From Myxococcota bacterium (lineage in GTDB: Bacteria; Myxococcota_A; Polyangia; Polyangiales; Sandaracinaceae), in NCBI GenBank assembly GCA_036149055.1, contig JAYZQJ010000209.1:1-64000 (forward strand): 64,000 bases of DNA, read 5' to 3'. Numbering within the stretch: position 1 is the first letter of the stretch; each line of letters opens with the position of its first letter. This document shows positions 18,685-28,482 of this stretch, piece by piece. Both the position numbers and the translations under genes were made by a program. A model generated the notes under the pieces. It was not told the DNA's origin, did no database searches, and worked only from the letters and a program-made list of their open reading frames with translations.

Positions 18685-19635
18685 ATGGGAAGAGGACTTT
18701 GCGTGCTGCTCGGCGCGCTGGCCGTCTGGGGCTGCGGCGCGAGCGAGCCCGCGCCTTGCCCGATGCCGACCGCGGAGCAGGAGCGCGCGGCGTTTCGAGC
18801 GCGGGCCGCCGAGCTCCGGGAGCGTGGGCCGGACGTGACGCGCGACGAGGCGGCGGCGGGGCTGCCTCGGCCCGAGGGCGGGCTCGGGGTCCGCGTGACC
18901 CGCGCGGGGATCGGCGTCGGCGCGCAGGGGGGCGTCGCGTCCTGGTCGGACGAGGAGCTCGAGCGACGCCTCGCCGAGACCGACCCGATGCAGCTCGGCG
19001 CGCTGCTGTCGCGGCCGGACCCGGAGGTGATCGTCCCGCTCGGCGAGGGCGGCAGCGTGCCGGAGGACGAGGCGCCCGCGGGCGGCTTCCTGCTCCCGGG
19101 CCTGCTGTCGGCCCTGCAAGCGGAGCCCGCCCTCGACGGCGGCGAGGCGGTGACCCTGGCCATCGCGCCGCGCACGCCGTTCCGCACGGTCGCCGCGGTC
19201 GTCTACACGCTCGGTCAGGCCGGGGCGATGGACCTCGACTTCATGGTCCGGAGCGACGACGCGCTCCACGTGCGCCGCTTCGCGCTGCCTTCCCTGGAGC
19301 GCGCGCTCGCCGCGGGAGGCGCCGAGCTGCGTCCGCCGCTCGCGGTGACGCTGCTGGGACGGGGCGCGGTCGTGTCGGGGCCGGACGGCGCGCTCGCGCC
19401 CGGATGCGAGGGGCCGCGGAGCGAGCCGCGCCAGCTCACCTTCGCCGCCGGCTCTCCGGCCGTCGAGCGTGAGGCGCTGCAGCGTTGCCTCCGGCGGGCG
19501 GTGGAGGACGGCGCGAACCCGGCCACCGTGATCCTCTCGGCCGACCCCGACGTCCCCTTCGAGCACGTCCTCCGCGCCGCGGTCGCGGCGGGCGAGATCT
19601 TCGAGAGCCTCCAGCTGAGCGCAGGTGTGATGTGA
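18685..19635 (+). CDS. Lipoprotein with two ExbD/TolR-like periplasmic domains
   Basis: VWGC lipobox, LAIAPRTPFRTVAAVVYTLGQAG and VILSADPDVPFEHV. Confidence 0.65.
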   Translation: MGRGLCVLLGALAVWGCGASEPAPCPMPTAEQERAAFRARAAELRERGPDVTRDEAAAGLPRPEGGLGVRVTRAGIGVGAQGGVASWSDEELERRLAETDPMQLGALLSRPDPEVIVPLGEGGSVPEDEAPAGGFLLPGLLSALQAEPALDGGEAVTLAIAPRTPFRTVAAVVYTLGQAGAMDLDFMVRSDDALHVRRFALPSLERALAAGGAELRPPLAVTLLGRGAVVSGPDGALAPGCEGPRSEPRQLTFAAGSPAVEREALQRCLRRAVEDGANPATVILSADPDVPFEHVLRAAVAAGEIFESLQLSAGVM

Positions 19636-21059
19636 GGACGGGCTGTCTGGTGTTGTGGCTGCTGGTCGGCTGCGGGCAGGCCGAGGCCTCGCGGTGTCTG
19701 CCGACCCTCGAGCACGTCCGGGTCTGGCCGGGCACCGTCGACGGGCCGGCGCGGCTGGCGGAGACCCTGGGCGACGAGCGCCACCCGCTCGAGCTCCGGC
19801 GGGCCGCCGCGATCGCGCTGCTGGACCTGGAGCGCGGAGACGTGTCGCCGCTGGAGCTGCTCGCCGACGCGCTCGAGCCGGACGCGGACGGCGCCCTCTC
19901 GGCCACCCTGGTCGAGCCGGTGGTGGAGCGCCTGGCGGTGGACGGGGACACGAGCGGCGGCTTGCGGGTGCGGGCGAAGGAGCTCGCGCTGCGCCTCCAC
20001 CCGCGGGTCGACGCCGACGCGCGTGCGCGCCTGAGCGAGGCGGTGATGGGGTGGTACGCGGAGGATCTCGCGGCCCGTCAGCGCGCGGGCGGGACCTCGT
20101 TCGGCGAGGCGGTCGAGATCCTGGGAGCGCCCGCGGAGGGCGCGCTGCTGGATCTGCTGGCTCCGCGACGGGGCGCTCCGGCGATGACGCTCGCCGCCGA
20201 AGCGCTGGCCGCTCGCGAGGACGAGGGCCTCGCCGTCCGCGCCGCGGAGCGCCTGCGCGCCGCCGAAGACGAGCTTCGGTCGCCGGCGTTCCTCACCTGG
20301 CTGGAGGGCCGCGTTCGCGAGTCGCTGCGCGCGCGGGGAGAGGTCGACGAGGCCCGGATCCAGACCGCGGCCCGGCTGAACCGGGAGACGATCGTGCGCG
20401 AGGGCTTGCTCGTGTCGATGCACCACCTCTGCGCGGTCCCGTCGGTCGCGGACCGGCTCGTCGAGCTCGCGCGCGCCGCGCCGGCCGGGACCTCGATCAC
20501 CGACGCGGCCGACCGCCGGGCCTACGCGCTGCGGGCGCTCGAGGGCTGTGTCGAGCCGCGGCACGCCGAGACGGTGGTGGGGCTGGCGCTCGACGACGCG
20601 GAGCCGCTCGGCGTCCGCGACCACGCCCTCGACCGGGCCGCGGAGCTCGGCGGCCCGGTGGTGAGCGAGCGCCTCTGGGCCGCGCTCGAGGGCGAGCCCC
20701 TCGGGTGGCGCCTCCACTGGCGCGTCGGCGCGATCGTCCTCGGCTCGATGGACGCGAGCGAGCTCCCGCGCTTCCTCGCCGCGCTGCGGGACGGCGAGTA
20801 CGCGCCCGAGCAGCTCGCTGGCTTCGCCGAGGCGATCGCGGCGCTGCAGCCGCCCCCGGGAGACGAGGCCACGAGCGCCATGATCGAGGATCGACGGTGG
20901 TTCGTTCGTGTCCTCGGCCTCCACGTCCTCCGCGCGCTGGACGCCGAAGCCGCCAGCGCCGCCGCGGCCCGCCTCTCGTCCGATCGCGCGGCGCTCGTCG
21001 GGCCCCGCTGGTCGCCGAGGACCACGGTCGCCGACGTCGCCCGCTCCGGCGCCGAATGA
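19632..21059 (+). CDS. HEAT-repeat-like helical lipoprotein
   Basis: GTG start overlapping the previous stop, LVGC lipobox, Ala/Leu-rich helical repeats. Confidence 0.7.
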   Translation: MRTGCLVLWLLVGCGQAEASRCLPTLEHVRVWPGTVDGPARLAETLGDERHPLELRRAAAIALLDLERGDVSPLELLADALEPDADGALSATLVEPVVERLAVDGDTSGGLRVRAKELALRLHPRVDADARARLSEAVMGWYAEDLAARQRAGGTSFGEAVEILGAPAEGALLDLLAPRRGAPAMTLAAEALAAREDEGLAVRAAERLRAAEDELRSPAFLTWLEGRVRESLRARGEVDEARIQTAARLNRETIVREGLLVSMHHLCAVPSVADRLVELARAAPAGTSITDAADRRAYALRALEGCVEPRHAETVVGLALDDAEPLGVRDHALDRAAELGGPVVSERLWAALEGEPLGWRLHWRVGAIVLGSMDASELPRFLAALRDGEYAPEQLAGFAEAIAALQPPPGDEATSAMIEDRRWFVRVLGLHVLRALDAEAASAAAARLSSDRAALVGPRWSPRTTVADVARSGAE

Positions 21060-21604
21060 GCGTCGTCGAGGCGCTGCTCGACCAGCTCTGCGTCGAGCTC
21101 GGGTTCTGTCTCCCGCCGGAGGCGCGGCGGGCCATCGCGCTCGCGCCGCCTCCGGGCGTGGAGGCCTTCGCGCGCCGCGTCTGGGAGGCCGAAGGCATGG
21201 GCTCGCCTGCTCCGAGCGACCCGCTCTTCGTGCGGCTCTGCGAGGCGGTGGTTGGGTCTCCCCGCACCGGTCCGCTACGGGTCGTCTGGCCGGACGGAGC
21301 GCTGATCGCGCGCGTCGTCGTGGACCCGAAGTGCCTTCCGCTGGAGACGAGCCACGTGGTCGGTACCTTCGAGGCCGGCCCCGGATTCGAGCGCCTCGCC
21401 CCCGGGCTGGAGGCGGTCCAGCGCGCCAGGGCGTCCGGCCAGGAGGCGGCGGCGTTCGAGGCCTCGCGCGATCTCGATGACCTCGGCGTCACCGCGACCG
21501 ACGCGATCGGCCGAGGCTACGCCGTGTTCGACCTCGTCTTCGACGAAGGCGGTCTGCTCTTCTGCATCGCCCCCCTGTGGACGCCGCCTCGCTCCGCCCG
21601 GTGA
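21056..21604 (+). CDS. Hypothetical protein
   Basis: MSVVEALLDQLCVELGFCLPP..., ATGA overlap with the previous gene. Confidence 0.65.
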   Translation: MSVVEALLDQLCVELGFCLPPEARRAIALAPPPGVEAFARRVWEAEGMGSPAPSDPLFVRLCEAVVGSPRTGPLRVVWPDGALIARVVVDPKCLPLETSHVVGTFEAGPGFERLAPGLEAVQRARASGQEAAAFEASRDLDDLGVTATDAIGRGYAVFDLVFDEGGLLFCIAPLWTPPRSAR

Positions 21605-21770
21605 GCCGCGCTCCGGACGTCGTCGACCGCCAGCCCCCGTGGCGGCCTACGACGCGGCGCACGTCGTGTCTGCGATGTTGCTGATGTCGTACACGTGGCC
21701 GGAGCCGCTCGCGGTACGGTGACCGATTCGAGGGATGGCTCCGCGCCGGCGCGAGCGGCACCCTGGGGCG

Positions 21771-23228
21771 ATGCACGCTCGAATCGCGATCGCGGTGCTC
21801 CTCCTCGCGGCTTGTGGAGGGGACGACGGAGGGGTCGACGGAGGCGCCAGGATGGACGCCGCGCCCGGAGACGCGGCCCTCGGAGCCGACGCGTCCGACG
21901 GCGTCGACGCGGGGGACACGGCGGACGCGGGCCCGGCCGACTGCTCGGCGGCCAGCGAGCGCGAGGGCTGGGAGCTGTGTCAGAGCACCGCGAGCCGATG
22001 CGAGATCGTGTTCACCGACTCGAGCGGGTGCGCGGCGGTGTGCGCCGCGGTCGGCCTGGGCTGCGCGGCGGCGTACGAGGACGTCGACGGCGCGTGCGCG
22101 CCGAACACCGATCTGCCGGCCCTCTCCTGCGAGGGCACCGGGCACATCTCCGACTACTGCGTGTGCGGCGAGCCGGCGCGCTGCGGCGATGGCGCGTGCG
22201 ACCCGGGCGAGACCTGCGGCGGCTGCGCCGACGACTGCGGCGCGTGCCCCGCGTCGGACTATCGCGACCTGCTCGACGAGGCCGTCGGGTTCGCCCGCCC
22301 GACCGGCGGTCGCGACGGCTCGCGCGTCTTCGTGACCACCACCGCCGCCGACGGCCCCGGCAGCCTGACGGAGGCGCTCGCCATCGCCGGGCCCAAGTGG
22401 ATCTCCTTCGAGGCCGGGCTGACCGGCACGATCACGCCGTCGCGGCCTTGGTCCGTTCCCGCCGACACGACGATCGACGGACGAGGCGCCGAGATCACCC
22501 TGGGCGCGGGCCTCCGCGTCGTCGGCACCGACGCCACCAACATCGTGATCCACGGGCTCGTGTTCGAGGTCGCCGAGGACGACGCCGTCCAGATCCGCAA
22601 CGGGGCCACCGACGTGTGGGTCGACCACTGCTCGTTCCTGCGCTGGGGCGACGGAGGGGTGGACGTCACCAACGGCGTGGACGGAGTGAGGACGCGCGTG
22701 ACCGTGTCGTGGTCCCGCTTCATCGGAGGCTCCAAGGCCATGCTGATCAGCGCCACCTCGGATCCCGCCGCCGGCTACGCCGACGAGAACCTCTACGTGA
22801 CCCTGCACCACAACTTCTACTCGGGTGTGCAGGAGCGGACCCCGCGCGTGCGGTTCGCGAAGGTCCACTCGTTCAACGTCGTCGCCGAGGACTGGGAGGG
22901 ATACGCGGTCGGCGCCAGCACGCTCGCCGAGGTCCTGGTCGAGAACAGCGTGTTCGACGCGGGCTCGAACACCCGGGCGTGTCGCACCGTGTGCCTCGGC
23001 TCCGACTGCGATCACCACGGCGGCGTGGGCGGGGCGCTGCGCGCGAGCGGTAACCTCCTGGACGAGGGCGCCCGGCTTGCGGTCTGCGAGACGAGCGCGC
23101 CCGACACGGTCTTCGACGAGTTCAGCGGCGGGGCGCCACCCTACGCGTACTCGCTCGACGCTGCCGACGCCGCGCTCCGGACCCGCGTGCGCGCGACCGC
23201 CGGCTGGCGAGCCGTCCCGCTGCCCTGA
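21771..23228 (+). CDS. Pectate lyase (PL1-like beta-helix) lipoprotein with Cys-rich N-terminus
   Basis: LAAC lipobox, GPGSL, TIDGRG, DAVQI, VWVDHCSF, VTLHHN and ERTPRVRF. Confidence 0.88.
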   Translation: MHARIAIAVLLLAACGGDDGGVDGGARMDAAPGDAALGADASDGVDAGDTADAGPADCSAASEREGWELCQSTASRCEIVFTDSSGCAAVCAAVGLGCAAAYEDVDGACAPNTDLPALSCEGTGHISDYCVCGEPARCGDGACDPGETCGGCADDCGACPASDYRDLLDEAVGFARPTGGRDGSRVFVTTTAADGPGSLTEALAIAGPKWISFEAGLTGTITPSRPWSVPADTTIDGRGAEITLGAGLRVVGTDATNIVIHGLVFEVAEDDAVQIRNGATDVWVDHCSFLRWGDGGVDVTNGVDGVRTRVTVSWSRFIGGSKAMLISATSDPAAGYADENLYVTLHHNFYSGVQERTPRVRFAKVHSFNVVAEDWEGYAVGASTLAEVLVENSVFDAGSNTRACRTVCLGSDCDHHGGVGGALRASGNLLDEGARLAVCETSAPDTVFDEFSGGAPPYAYSLDAADAALRTRVRATAGWRAVPLP

Positions 23229-23327
23229 AGGGTCAGCGCGGCTGGCCTTCGCGTCGACGCTCGGCCGATGAACTGCTCCGGCGGGCAGCTGCCTCCCGAG
23301 GAGCTCGATCATATCGAGCGTGAGAGC

Positions 23328-23654
23328 TCAGGCCGCGCGCGCTCGCTCGAGGTGGGCGGCGACGCCGGACGAGTCCATGAAGAACGCCTCGCCCGACGTC
23401 GCCCGCCTGCGCTGCGCCTTCAGAGGCGCGTACTCCGCCGAATCGTACCAGGCGCGCGCCGAGGCCATGGACGGGAAGCGGATCAGCACCGGGTAGCCGG
23501 GGGCCCCGTCGCCCTCGACGAGGTCGAGCGGGCCACCGACGACGACGTACTCGCCGCCGTGCTCGGCGACGGTCGAGGTCACCCGGGTCACGTAGTCGGC
23601 CATGGCGACGGGGTCGTGCACCGCGCGGACGTTCCAGAAGCAGTAGGCGGTCAT
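23328..23654 (-). CDS. DUF1330 family protein
   Basis: HGGEYVVVGG...VEG and FPSMASARAWYDSAEY. Confidence 0.88.
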   Translation of the reverse strand: MTAYCFWNVRAVHDPVAMADYVTRVTSTVAEHGGEYVVVGGPLDLVEGDGAPGYPVLIRFPSMASARAWYDSAEYAPLKAQRRRATSGEAFFMDSSGVAAHLERARAA

Positions 23655-23800
23655 CTCTTCGTTCTCCTCGTTCGGGCCGCGACACCGCGGTCTCCATGTC
23701 CGGCACTCTGCGGTCGCCGAGCGGCGCGGAGAACGCCGCGGAGGGTGGCCGGTGTGTTCACGGCGCGTGAACGGCGAGGCTCGATTGGCTAATGAGGGGC

Positions 23801-24742
23801 ATGACCCTGCGCTGCGCTCTCCCCCTCGTGATGATACTGGCCGGCTGCGGCACGCCCGCGGCGGACGAGGACGGCGGACCTCCGATTGGCCCGGACGCGG
23901 GCGACGGGCGCGCCGACATCACCGACGCGGTGTTCGAGGGCCGCAGCGGGGACTGCGCCGACCACACGCGCAGCGCCGAGGCGTTCGTCACCGACGTGAA
24001 CGAGATGCGCGACTTCGAGGCCCGGGTCGATCTCGTCGCGGGCGAGGCCGCGTGCATGCTCACCTCCAACGCGATCCCGAACCACGACTTCGACGACGCG
24101 GCCGGCGCCTTCGTCACGAGCGTCGCCGAGCGCGAGACGACCTTCGTGATCCCTCGCCGTCCGACGATGGCCAGCGCCCCGACCGAGCTCGAGCTCCGGA
24201 GCTACGACGGCGTCTTCCTCAACGGCGTGGTGCTGGACCTGCTCGCGGCCGGTTGCTTCGGCGTCGGCGACGGGCGCATCGGCTGCTTCGACCGCTCCAC
24301 GCCGTGGCGCTACGACCCGATGGCGCCCGGCGCTGGCTTCGGGACCGACTCGCACAACGCCCACACCCAGCCCGACGGTCGCTACCACTATCACGGCGAT
24401 CCGCTCGCGATGTACGGCGAGCCGGAGCGAGGGCCTTCGCCGGTGACCGGCTTCGCGGCCGATGGCTTCCCGATCTACGGCCCGTACTTCGACGACGGCG
24501 TCGAGGTCCGCGCGGCGCGCTCGGGCTTCACGCTGCGCGAGGGCACGCGCCCCGACGGGCCGGGTGGCGCGTACGACGGCACCTACGTCGACGACTGGGA
24601 GTTCACCGGCGCGGGCGACCTCGACGAGTGCAACGGCATGACCGTCGACGGTCAGTACGGGTACTACGTCACCGCCACTTTCCCCTGGATCCTCCGCTGC
24701 TTGCGCGGCGCCCCGGACCCGTCCTTCGACAAGATGATGTAG
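23801..24742 (+). CDS. YHYH-domain lipoprotein
   Basis: LAGC lipobox, SNAIPNH, AHTQPDGRYHYH, GFAADGFPIYG and DLDECNG. The ORF track starts at 23792. Confidence 0.9.
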   Translation: MTLRCALPLVMILAGCGTPAADEDGGPPIGPDAGDGRADITDAVFEGRSGDCADHTRSAEAFVTDVNEMRDFEARVDLVAGEAACMLTSNAIPNHDFDDAAGAFVTSVAERETTFVIPRRPTMASAPTELELRSYDGVFLNGVVLDLLAAGCFGVGDGRIGCFDRSTPWRYDPMAPGAGFGTDSHNAHTQPDGRYHYHGDPLAMYGEPERGPSPVTGFAADGFPIYGPYFDDGVEVRAARSGFTLREGTRPDGPGGAYDGTYVDDWEFTGAGDLDECNGMTVDGQYGYYVTATFPWILRCLRGAPDPSFDKMM

Positions 24743-24754
24743 CGTCGCAACGGA

Positions 24755-25471
24755 CTACCCGTCGAGCAGGGCCGGGAGGATGTCCTCGGCTGGGCCGAGG
24801 TGGGTCTCCTGGAAGTAGGGGTTCGGCGGGTCCATCGGCTCGAGGTTCACGTAGATCGTGCGGGCCTCGTTGTAGGCGGCGCTGCGCGCGTAGCTCGAGG
24901 CGGGGCTCACCGTCCCGCTGGTCCCCACCGCGAGGAACAGGTCGACCTCTCTCAGCGCGCGTTTGACGGCCCACTCCTCGTCGACCGGGAGAGCCTCCCC
25001 GAAGAAGACGACGTCGGGGCGCAGCGCGCCGCCGCAGCGAGGACACCGGGGCACCACGCCCTCGTAGGCGTCGTCGTCCACGACGGGCTGCGTGCAGGCG
25101 GCGTCGGCGCACCGGGAGCGGAAGACGCTCCCGTGGATCTCGATGACGTCGGAGCTCCCGGCGCGCTGGTGCAGACCGTCGACGTTCTGGGTGACGACGG
25201 TCACGCGGCCTTCGCAGCGGCGCTCGAGCGCGGCGAGGGCCTCGTGGGCGGGGTTCGGAGACGCGTCGCGCGCCGCCCGACGGAGCGGCCCGAAGAGGGC
25301 CCAGCTCGCGTCGGGATCCGCGTGGAAGCCGTCGAGCGTGGCGAGCGTCGCGTCGCCGCCCTCGGTCCAGAGCCCGCCGGGGCCCCGGTAGGGCTTCAGG
25401 CCCGAGGCGACGGAGATCCCCGCGCCCGTCAGCACGACGATCCGCTGGTACCGCTCGAGGTCGAGGTGCAC
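24755..25471 (-). CDS. cobB: Sirtuin NAD-dependent deacylase (CobB-like)
   Basis: TGAGIS..SG, PNPAH, TQNVDGLHQRAG, HGS, CxxC pairs, RPDVVFFGE and GTS motifs. Confidence 0.9.
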   Translation of the reverse strand: MHLDLERYQRIVVLTGAGISVASGLKPYRGPGGLWTEGGDATLATLDGFHADPDASWALFGPLRRAARDASPNPAHEALAALERRCEGRVTVVTQNVDGLHQRAGSSDVIEIHGSVFRSRCADAACTQPVVDDDAYEGVVPRCPRCGGALRPDVVFFGEALPVDEEWAVKRALREVDLFLAVGTSGTVSPASSYARSAAYNEARTIYVNLEPMDPPNPYFQETHLGPAEDILPALLDG

Positions 25472-25531
25472 GTCGAAGCCACTCTACCGGGGTTCCGCTT
25501 CCGGCGTCGCGTCCATGGTGTAGCGTCGGGC

Positions 25532-25924
25532 ATGCGGATCAAGCTCTCCAGCATCCACGTGGACGACCAGGCGAAGGCGCACCGCTTCTACACCGAGGTG
25601 CTCGGCTTCCAGACCAAGCACGACATCCCGGTCGGTGAGGGCCTGCGGTGGATCACCCTCGTCTCGCCCACCGGGCACGATGACGTCGAGCTCGTGCTCG
25701 AGCCGAACGACAACCCCGCTGCGAAGGCGTATCAGTCGGCGCTGCTCGCGCAGGGCATCCCGGCGACCGCCTTCGAGGTGGACGACGTCTCGGCCGAGCA
25801 CCGTCGGCTCGTCGACGCGGGCGTCGAGTTCACGATGGATCCGACGCCGCAGGGCCCGGTGACCCTCGCCGTGTTCGCTGACACCTGCGGCAACCTCATC
25901 CAGATCTACCAGCCGACCGGCTGA
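25532..25924 (+). CDS. VOC/glyoxalase family protein
   Basis: VDDQAKAHRFYTEVLGF and FADTCGNLIQI. Confidence 0.92.
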   Translation: MRIKLSSIHVDDQAKAHRFYTEVLGFQTKHDIPVGEGLRWITLVSPTGHDDVELVLEPNDNPAAKAYQSALLAQGIPATAFEVDDVSAEHRRLVDAGVEFTMDPTPQGPVTLAVFADTCGNLIQIYQPTG

Positions 25925-25995
25925 CCGAAAATCTCGCCGATCGGGTCGAAACCGCCGCTCTTCTCGGGGCCGTAGGCGGGCCGCACGATGAGCGC

Positions 25996-26904
25996 ATGAC
26001 ACAGGAGCTCTTCGACGCCGTCCTCGTGGGCGGCGGCCCCGCCAACCTCTCCGCCGCGCTCGCGCTCGGCCGCGCGCGTCGCCGCGTGCTGCTCGTCGAC
26101 GCCGGGCCGCGGCGCAACGCGGCCGCCACGCACGTGAACAACTTCCTCACCCGCGACGGCACGCCGCCCGACGAGATGCGGCGGATCGGGCGCGAGCAGC
26201 TCGGGCGCTATCCGTCGGTGACGCTGCGCGACGAGGCGGTCCACGCCATCACCGGGGAGCGCGGCGCGTTCCGGGTGAGCCTGGAGGGCGGAGACGTGAC
26301 GGCCAAGCGGCTGCTCCTCGGCACCGGCATGATCGACGAGGAGATCGCCATCGAGGGCTTCGCCGAGCGCTGGGGCCACGCGATCTATCAGTGCCCCTAC
26401 TGCCACGGCTGGGAGGTGCGGGAGCGCCCCTGGGGGTTCCTGATGACGCCGCACTCCGCGGGGCATGCGCTCATGTTCGGGCTGCTCCTCACGCAGTGGA
26501 CCGACACGCTGACGGTCTTCACGCAGGGCATCCCGCTCGCCGACGAGGACGCGGAGCGGCTCCGCGCGCGCGGCGTCCGGGTCGAGGCGTCCCCGGTCCG
26601 CCGGCTGACCGGCCCCGAGGGAGCGCTGCGGCGGGTCGAGCTCGAGGACGGCGCGTCGATCGAGTGCGAGGCGCTCTTCGCGCACCCGCCCCAGCGCCAC
26701 GTTCCCCTGGTGGCCGCGCTGGGCCTCGAGCTCGACGAGGCCGGCTACGTGAAGGTGGACGGGATGCGGCGCGAGACCTCGACGCCGGGCATCTTCGCGG
26801 CCGGCGACCTGACCACGCCGGTGCAGGGCGCGTTGCTCGGGGCCGCGCAGGGCACCCAGGCCGCGGCGGTGATCAACGTCGACCTGGCGATGGATCCGCG
26901 ATGA
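25996..26904 (+). CDS. FAD/NAD(P)-dependent oxidoreductase (thioredoxin reductase-like, CPYC)
   Basis: GGGPANLSAA, CPYCHGWE and TSTPGIFAAGD. Confidence 0.9.
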   Translation: MTQELFDAVLVGGGPANLSAALALGRARRRVLLVDAGPRRNAAATHVNNFLTRDGTPPDEMRRIGREQLGRYPSVTLRDEAVHAITGERGAFRVSLEGGDVTAKRLLLGTGMIDEEIAIEGFAERWGHAIYQCPYCHGWEVRERPWGFLMTPHSAGHALMFGLLLTQWTDTLTVFTQGIPLADEDAERLRARGVRVEASPVRRLTGPEGALRRVELEDGASIECEALFAHPPQRHVPLVAALGLELDEAGYVKVDGMRRETSTPGIFAAGDLTTPVQGALLGAAQGTQAAAVINVDLAMDPR

Positions 26905-27784
26905 CGGGGCGGGGGCCGACGCGGTGGGCGGCTCGCCAGGCGGCGGGGGTCTGACCGTGCTCGCGGCGGAAGAGGCGGATGAAGTGCGTCGGGTCCGCGT
27001 AGCCCACGCGCTCGGCGATCACGTCGACGCGCTCGTCGGAGCGCAGCAGCAGCCGGCGCGCCTCGGCCATCCGGCCGGCGATGATCCACTTCACGGCGCT
27101 CCGCCCGGTGGCGCGGCTGATCGCTCCGGTGACGTACGCGGGGCTGCGACCGACCGCGTCGGCCACCTCCCGGAGCGTCAGCGGGCCGAGGCAGTGGCGC
27201 TCGATGTGCCGGATGGCCTCGACGACCACGCCCCCGCCCGGCCCGGGGCGCGCCTCGGAGGCGGTCGCGCGGCCCACCTCGGCGAGGATGAGCGTCAGCA
27301 GGCTGCGGCGCTCGACCGGCGCGAGGTGCCCCGCGTGCCGGGACGTGCGCTCGAGCTCGGCGAAGAGGCTCTGGAGGTAGGGGCGCCGCGCCTCGGGGAT
27401 GGTCAGCACCGCCGAGCCGCCGTCGCGCACCCGCTCGAAGGGCTCGAGCAGCTCGTGGACGCCCTCCGCGGCCATGCAAGGCACGCAGACGCCCAGGCAC
27501 CAGGATTCCGTCGCCCCGGACTCTGCCGCCCCGGACTCGGCGGCCCCGGCGTCGAATCGTCGGTGCGGCGCGCCGGCCGGGACGAGGTGCACGTCGCCCT
27601 CGCGCACCGTCCACAGGCCTCCTTGCTCGACCCGGGTCTCGCCGCGGAGCTGGAAGGAGAGGGCGGCGTAGCCGTGGGTCACCGGCCCGTGCGGCGCGCT
27701 CGCTCCGCCGGTGAGGCGCCGCGCGGCCACGAGGGCGCCCGCGTCGAGGAAGGCGTCGTCACGCACGGTCGGTCGAGGCGGCAT
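26873..27784 (-). CDS. AraC family regulator
   Basis: Cupin-like N-terminus, LTLREVA..VGRSPAY and IAERVGYADPTHFIRLFRR..GQTP. Confidence 0.9.
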   Translation of the reverse strand: MPPRPTVRDDAFLDAGALVAARRLTGGASAPHGPVTHGYAALSFQLRGETRVEQGGLWTVREGDVHLVPAGAPHRRFDAGAAESGAAESGATESWCLGVCVPCMAAEGVHELLEPFERVRDGGSAVLTIPEARRPYLQSLFAELERTSRHAGHLAPVERRSLLTLILAEVGRATASEARPGPGGGVVVEAIRHIERHCLGPLTLREVADAVGRSPAYVTGAISRATGRSAVKWIIAGRMAEARRLLLRSDERVDVIAERVGYADPTHFIRLFRREHGQTPAAWRAAHRVGPRPVIADPSPGRR

Positions 27785-27831
27785 GCCGAAGGTTGGCACG
27801 TCACGTGGGCGCGCGCGACGCGGAGGCGAGC

Positions 27832-28470
27832 ATGAGCGACTACGACGAGGACTTCTGGGAGAGCCTCTGGGCGCGGACGCTGCGCGAGCACGCCGACGTG
27901 CTGGCGCGGCGGCCGCCGAACGCGCACCTGCTGACGGAGGTCGGCGGGCTCGCTCCCGGGCGCGCGCTCGACGCGGGCTGCGGCCACGGCACCGAGTCGC
28001 TCTGGCTCGCGGCGCGCGGCTGGCAGGTGACCGCGGTGGACTTCTCCGAGACCGCGCTCGCCCACGCGCGGCGCCGGGCGGAGGCCGTCGGCCCGGAGCT
28101 CGCCGCCCGCATCGAGTGGACGCCGGGCGACCTCGGGATCTGGACGCCGCCCGCGGCCCGCTACGACCTGGTCGTCTGCCTCTACGTGCACGTCGCGGGC
28201 GCGGTGGAGGGCATGGTCCGGCGGCTCGCGAGCGGCGTCGCGCCGGGCGGAACCCTGCTGCTCGTCGGGCACCGACCCATCGACCCGGCGACCGGCGCGC
28301 CGACCCCAGCCGCCGGCCAGAACCAGATCTCGGTCGAGGCGGCCGCCGCCGCGCTCGGGGAGGGCTGGGAGCTGCCCGTCGCCGAAGAGCGCCCCCGCGC
28401 CGCCGCCGGGAGCGGCGTGGACGCGGTGATCCGCGCCGTCCGCGGGGGTCCTCCGCCCGGGGCGAGGTAG
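27832..28470 (+). CDS. Class I SAM-dependent methyltransferase
   Basis: ALDAGCGHG, VTAVDFS and YDLV. GGAGG SD upstream. Confidence 0.9.
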   Translation: MSDYDEDFWESLWARTLREHADVLARRPPNAHLLTEVGGLAPGRALDAGCGHGTESLWLAARGWQVTAVDFSETALAHARRRAEAVGPELAARIEWTPGDLGIWTPPAARYDLVVCLYVHVAGAVEGMVRRLASGVAPGGTLLLVGHRPIDPATGAPTPAAGQNQISVEAAAAALGEGWELPVAEERPRAAAGSGVDAVIRAVRGGPPPGAR

Positions 28471-28482
28471 TCGTCGAGGCGG

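Noticed and set aside
24755..25471. Sir2 anti-phage defence system
   Set aside because: It is a stand-alone CobB-type sirtuin with a zinc ribbon and no TIR, HerA or Argonaute partner.
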